A stretch of DNA of 24,000 nucleotides from Thiotrichaceae bacterium. Its GTDB lineage: Bacteria > Pseudomonadota > Gammaproteobacteria > Thiotrichales > Thiotrichaceae. Each line of letters begins with the position of its first letter. Positions within the stretch are counted from its first letter, which is position 1. The stretch covers positions 49,868 through 73,867 of the forward strand of contig CBDCZP010000004.1 of NCBI GenBank assembly GCA_965224605.1. The letters run 5' to 3'. The position numbers and the translations under genes are program-made. Shown here piece by piece: positions 21,362 through 24,000 of this stretch. The notes beneath the pieces were generated by a model. The model worked only from the letters and a program-made list of their open reading frames with translations. It ran no database searches and had not been told where the DNA came from.

Positions 21362-22260
21362 CAGTTTAAATCTGCGGGTAGGGGGTTAATTTTAGTGTGT
21401 GCATTTTGTTTCACATCGTCTTTTGCATTGTGTTTTGCATTGTCTTGTCCATTTCCTTGTGCACCCCAGAGTTTGCATAACGTTTCATGGTGCTGTTTTT
21501 CATTGAGGCTGCTGTAGAAAGTAATAGTGCCGACTTTTTTCTCATTGCTTCCATCGGCTCTTGTATGTTGAATGTTATTTTGTTCTAGAATGCGCTGCAA
21601 CTGTGTTGCCACGGGCTTTCCGGTGTCTAAAATGGTGATTTCATCTCCTAATAGAGTTCTCATTTCGGCTAACAAAAAAGGGTAATGAGTACAGCCTAAA
21701 ATAAGGGTGTCGACTTGCGCATCCACCATCTTCTGTGTGTACTTGCGAAGCAGCTGTATTGAATGCTCAACGTTGTTAGCGTCATGATTCTCGACAGCCT
21801 CCACCAGACCAGGGCAGGATTGTGCAACAATGGTACTATCTTTTGCATACAAGTCGATTAACTCCTGTAGGCGCTCGCTGTTGATGGTTCGATGAGTAGC
21901 AAGAATACCAATGATTTTGTTTCTACTTTGTTCTGCGGCGGGTTTAATAGCAGGTTCGACACCTACAACAGGAATATTAAGTTGCGCTCTTAAAAAACTG
22001 ATAGCTTCTGTGGTAGCCGTGTTGCAGGCAACGACCAACACTTTGATATTTTGAGTTAAAAGGAACTGGCTTAATTGCAGACTGCGTTGTTGAATAAAAT
22101 CTACCGGTTTATCACCATAAGGCGCTTTAGCCGAGTCCGCTATATAAATAAGGTCTTCATGGGGTAATTGTTTCTGGATTTCTTTTAAGATTGAAATACC
22201 ACCCACGCCGGAGTCGAAGATTCCGATGGGCGATGATGATGGGAGACGTAGTTTTTTCAA
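21361..22260 (-). CDS. murI: Glutamate racemase with a ~30-aa low-complexity C-terminal extension.
   Basis: IGIFDSGVGGISILKEI...YIADSAKAPYGDK...VVACNTATT...VVGVEPAIKPA...LGCTHYPFL, with both catalytic Cys contexts present. The tail reads GNGQDNAKHNAKDDVKQNAHTKINPLPADLN. Confidence 0.9.
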   Translation of the reverse strand: MKKLRLPSSSPIGIFDSGVGGISILKEIQKQLPHEDLIYIADSAKAPYGDKPVDFIQQRSLQLSQFLLTQNIKVLVVACNTATTEAISFLRAQLNIPVVGVEPAIKPAAEQSRNKIIGILATHRTINSERLQELIDLYAKDSTIVAQSCPGLVEAVENHDANNVEHSIQLLRKYTQKMVDAQVDTLILGCTHYPFLLAEMRTLLGDEITILDTGKPVATQLQRILEQNNIQHTRADGSNEKKVGTITFYSSLNEKQHHETLCKLWGAQGNGQDNAKHNAKDDVKQNAHTKINPLPADLN

Positions 22261-22306
22261 AGTCAGTAATTGCTAATAGTGTGGGAGAGGAGAGCTGCTT
22301 ATAAAT

Positions 22307-22365
22307 GTAGCCTGCGTTGAGGTACGAAACGCGGGGAACTTATCGATTTCTCGTGTTTCTCCTAC
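22307..22365. repeat. REP copy of the same class as 4066-4094, with a truncated inverted partner.
   Basis: GTAGCCTGCGTTGAGGTACGAAACGCGGG (22307-22335) is 28/29 identical to 4066-4094. The partner CTCGTGTTTCTCCTAC (22350-22365) has reverse complement GTAGGAGAAACACGAG and lacks the stem/loop core. The element lies between the parE stop and the murI start. Confidence 0.65.
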
Positions 22366-22377
22366 AAGACACACATT

Positions 22378-24000
<1,623 letters not shown>

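Overview
The window looks like a chromosomal segment of an AT-rich gammaproteobacterium. That placement is inferred from rhlB, ppnP, ygfX-like, parE and GlyGly-CTERM-type tails; I had no database access and computed no composition. All family calls come from motifs I recognise in the supplied translations or in my own translations.

Layout:
- 1-9.3 kb: an accessory-looking block of secreted or unusual proteins. It holds a metzincin metalloprotease with a GlyGly-CTERM-like tail and an ATGA-coupled small secreted protein, a His-rich coiled-coil protein, a Cys-containing secreted protein, a 781-aa signal-less repeat protein, and a TSP3-type Ca-binding repeat protein. REP/REPIN-like GTAG-headed palindromes lie between them.
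- 9.3-14.8 kb: housekeeping genes (purT, ppnP, yjbQ, an outer-membrane beta-barrel, rhlB), plus a divergent pair made of an ORF carrying an in-frame (ACAAAT)11 repeat and a YgfX/CptA-like membrane protein.
- 14.9-18.4 kb: tRNA-Ser(UGA) followed by a decaying integrated element. It has a P4-type integrase with three frame changes, a second frameshifted tyrosine recombinase, a frameshifted PIN/VapC toxin and an intact putative antitoxin.
- 18.4-24 kb: a lipoprotein with a transglutaminase-like Cys/His/Asp pattern, a single-module KpsC-like protein, a membrane-anchored AraC regulator overlapping murI by 1 nt, another REP copy, and the 3' two-thirds of parE running off the window.

I saw no CRISPR array, rRNA or intact transposase.

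The best candidates for something undescribed are:
- the 781-aa repeat protein with its downstream secreted partner and the structured spacer between them;
- the REPIN family, which has conserved loops but covarying stems;
- the (TN)n-repeat ORF paired with the ygfX-like gene in the absence of sdhE.

None of these can be shown to be a functional system from sequence alone.
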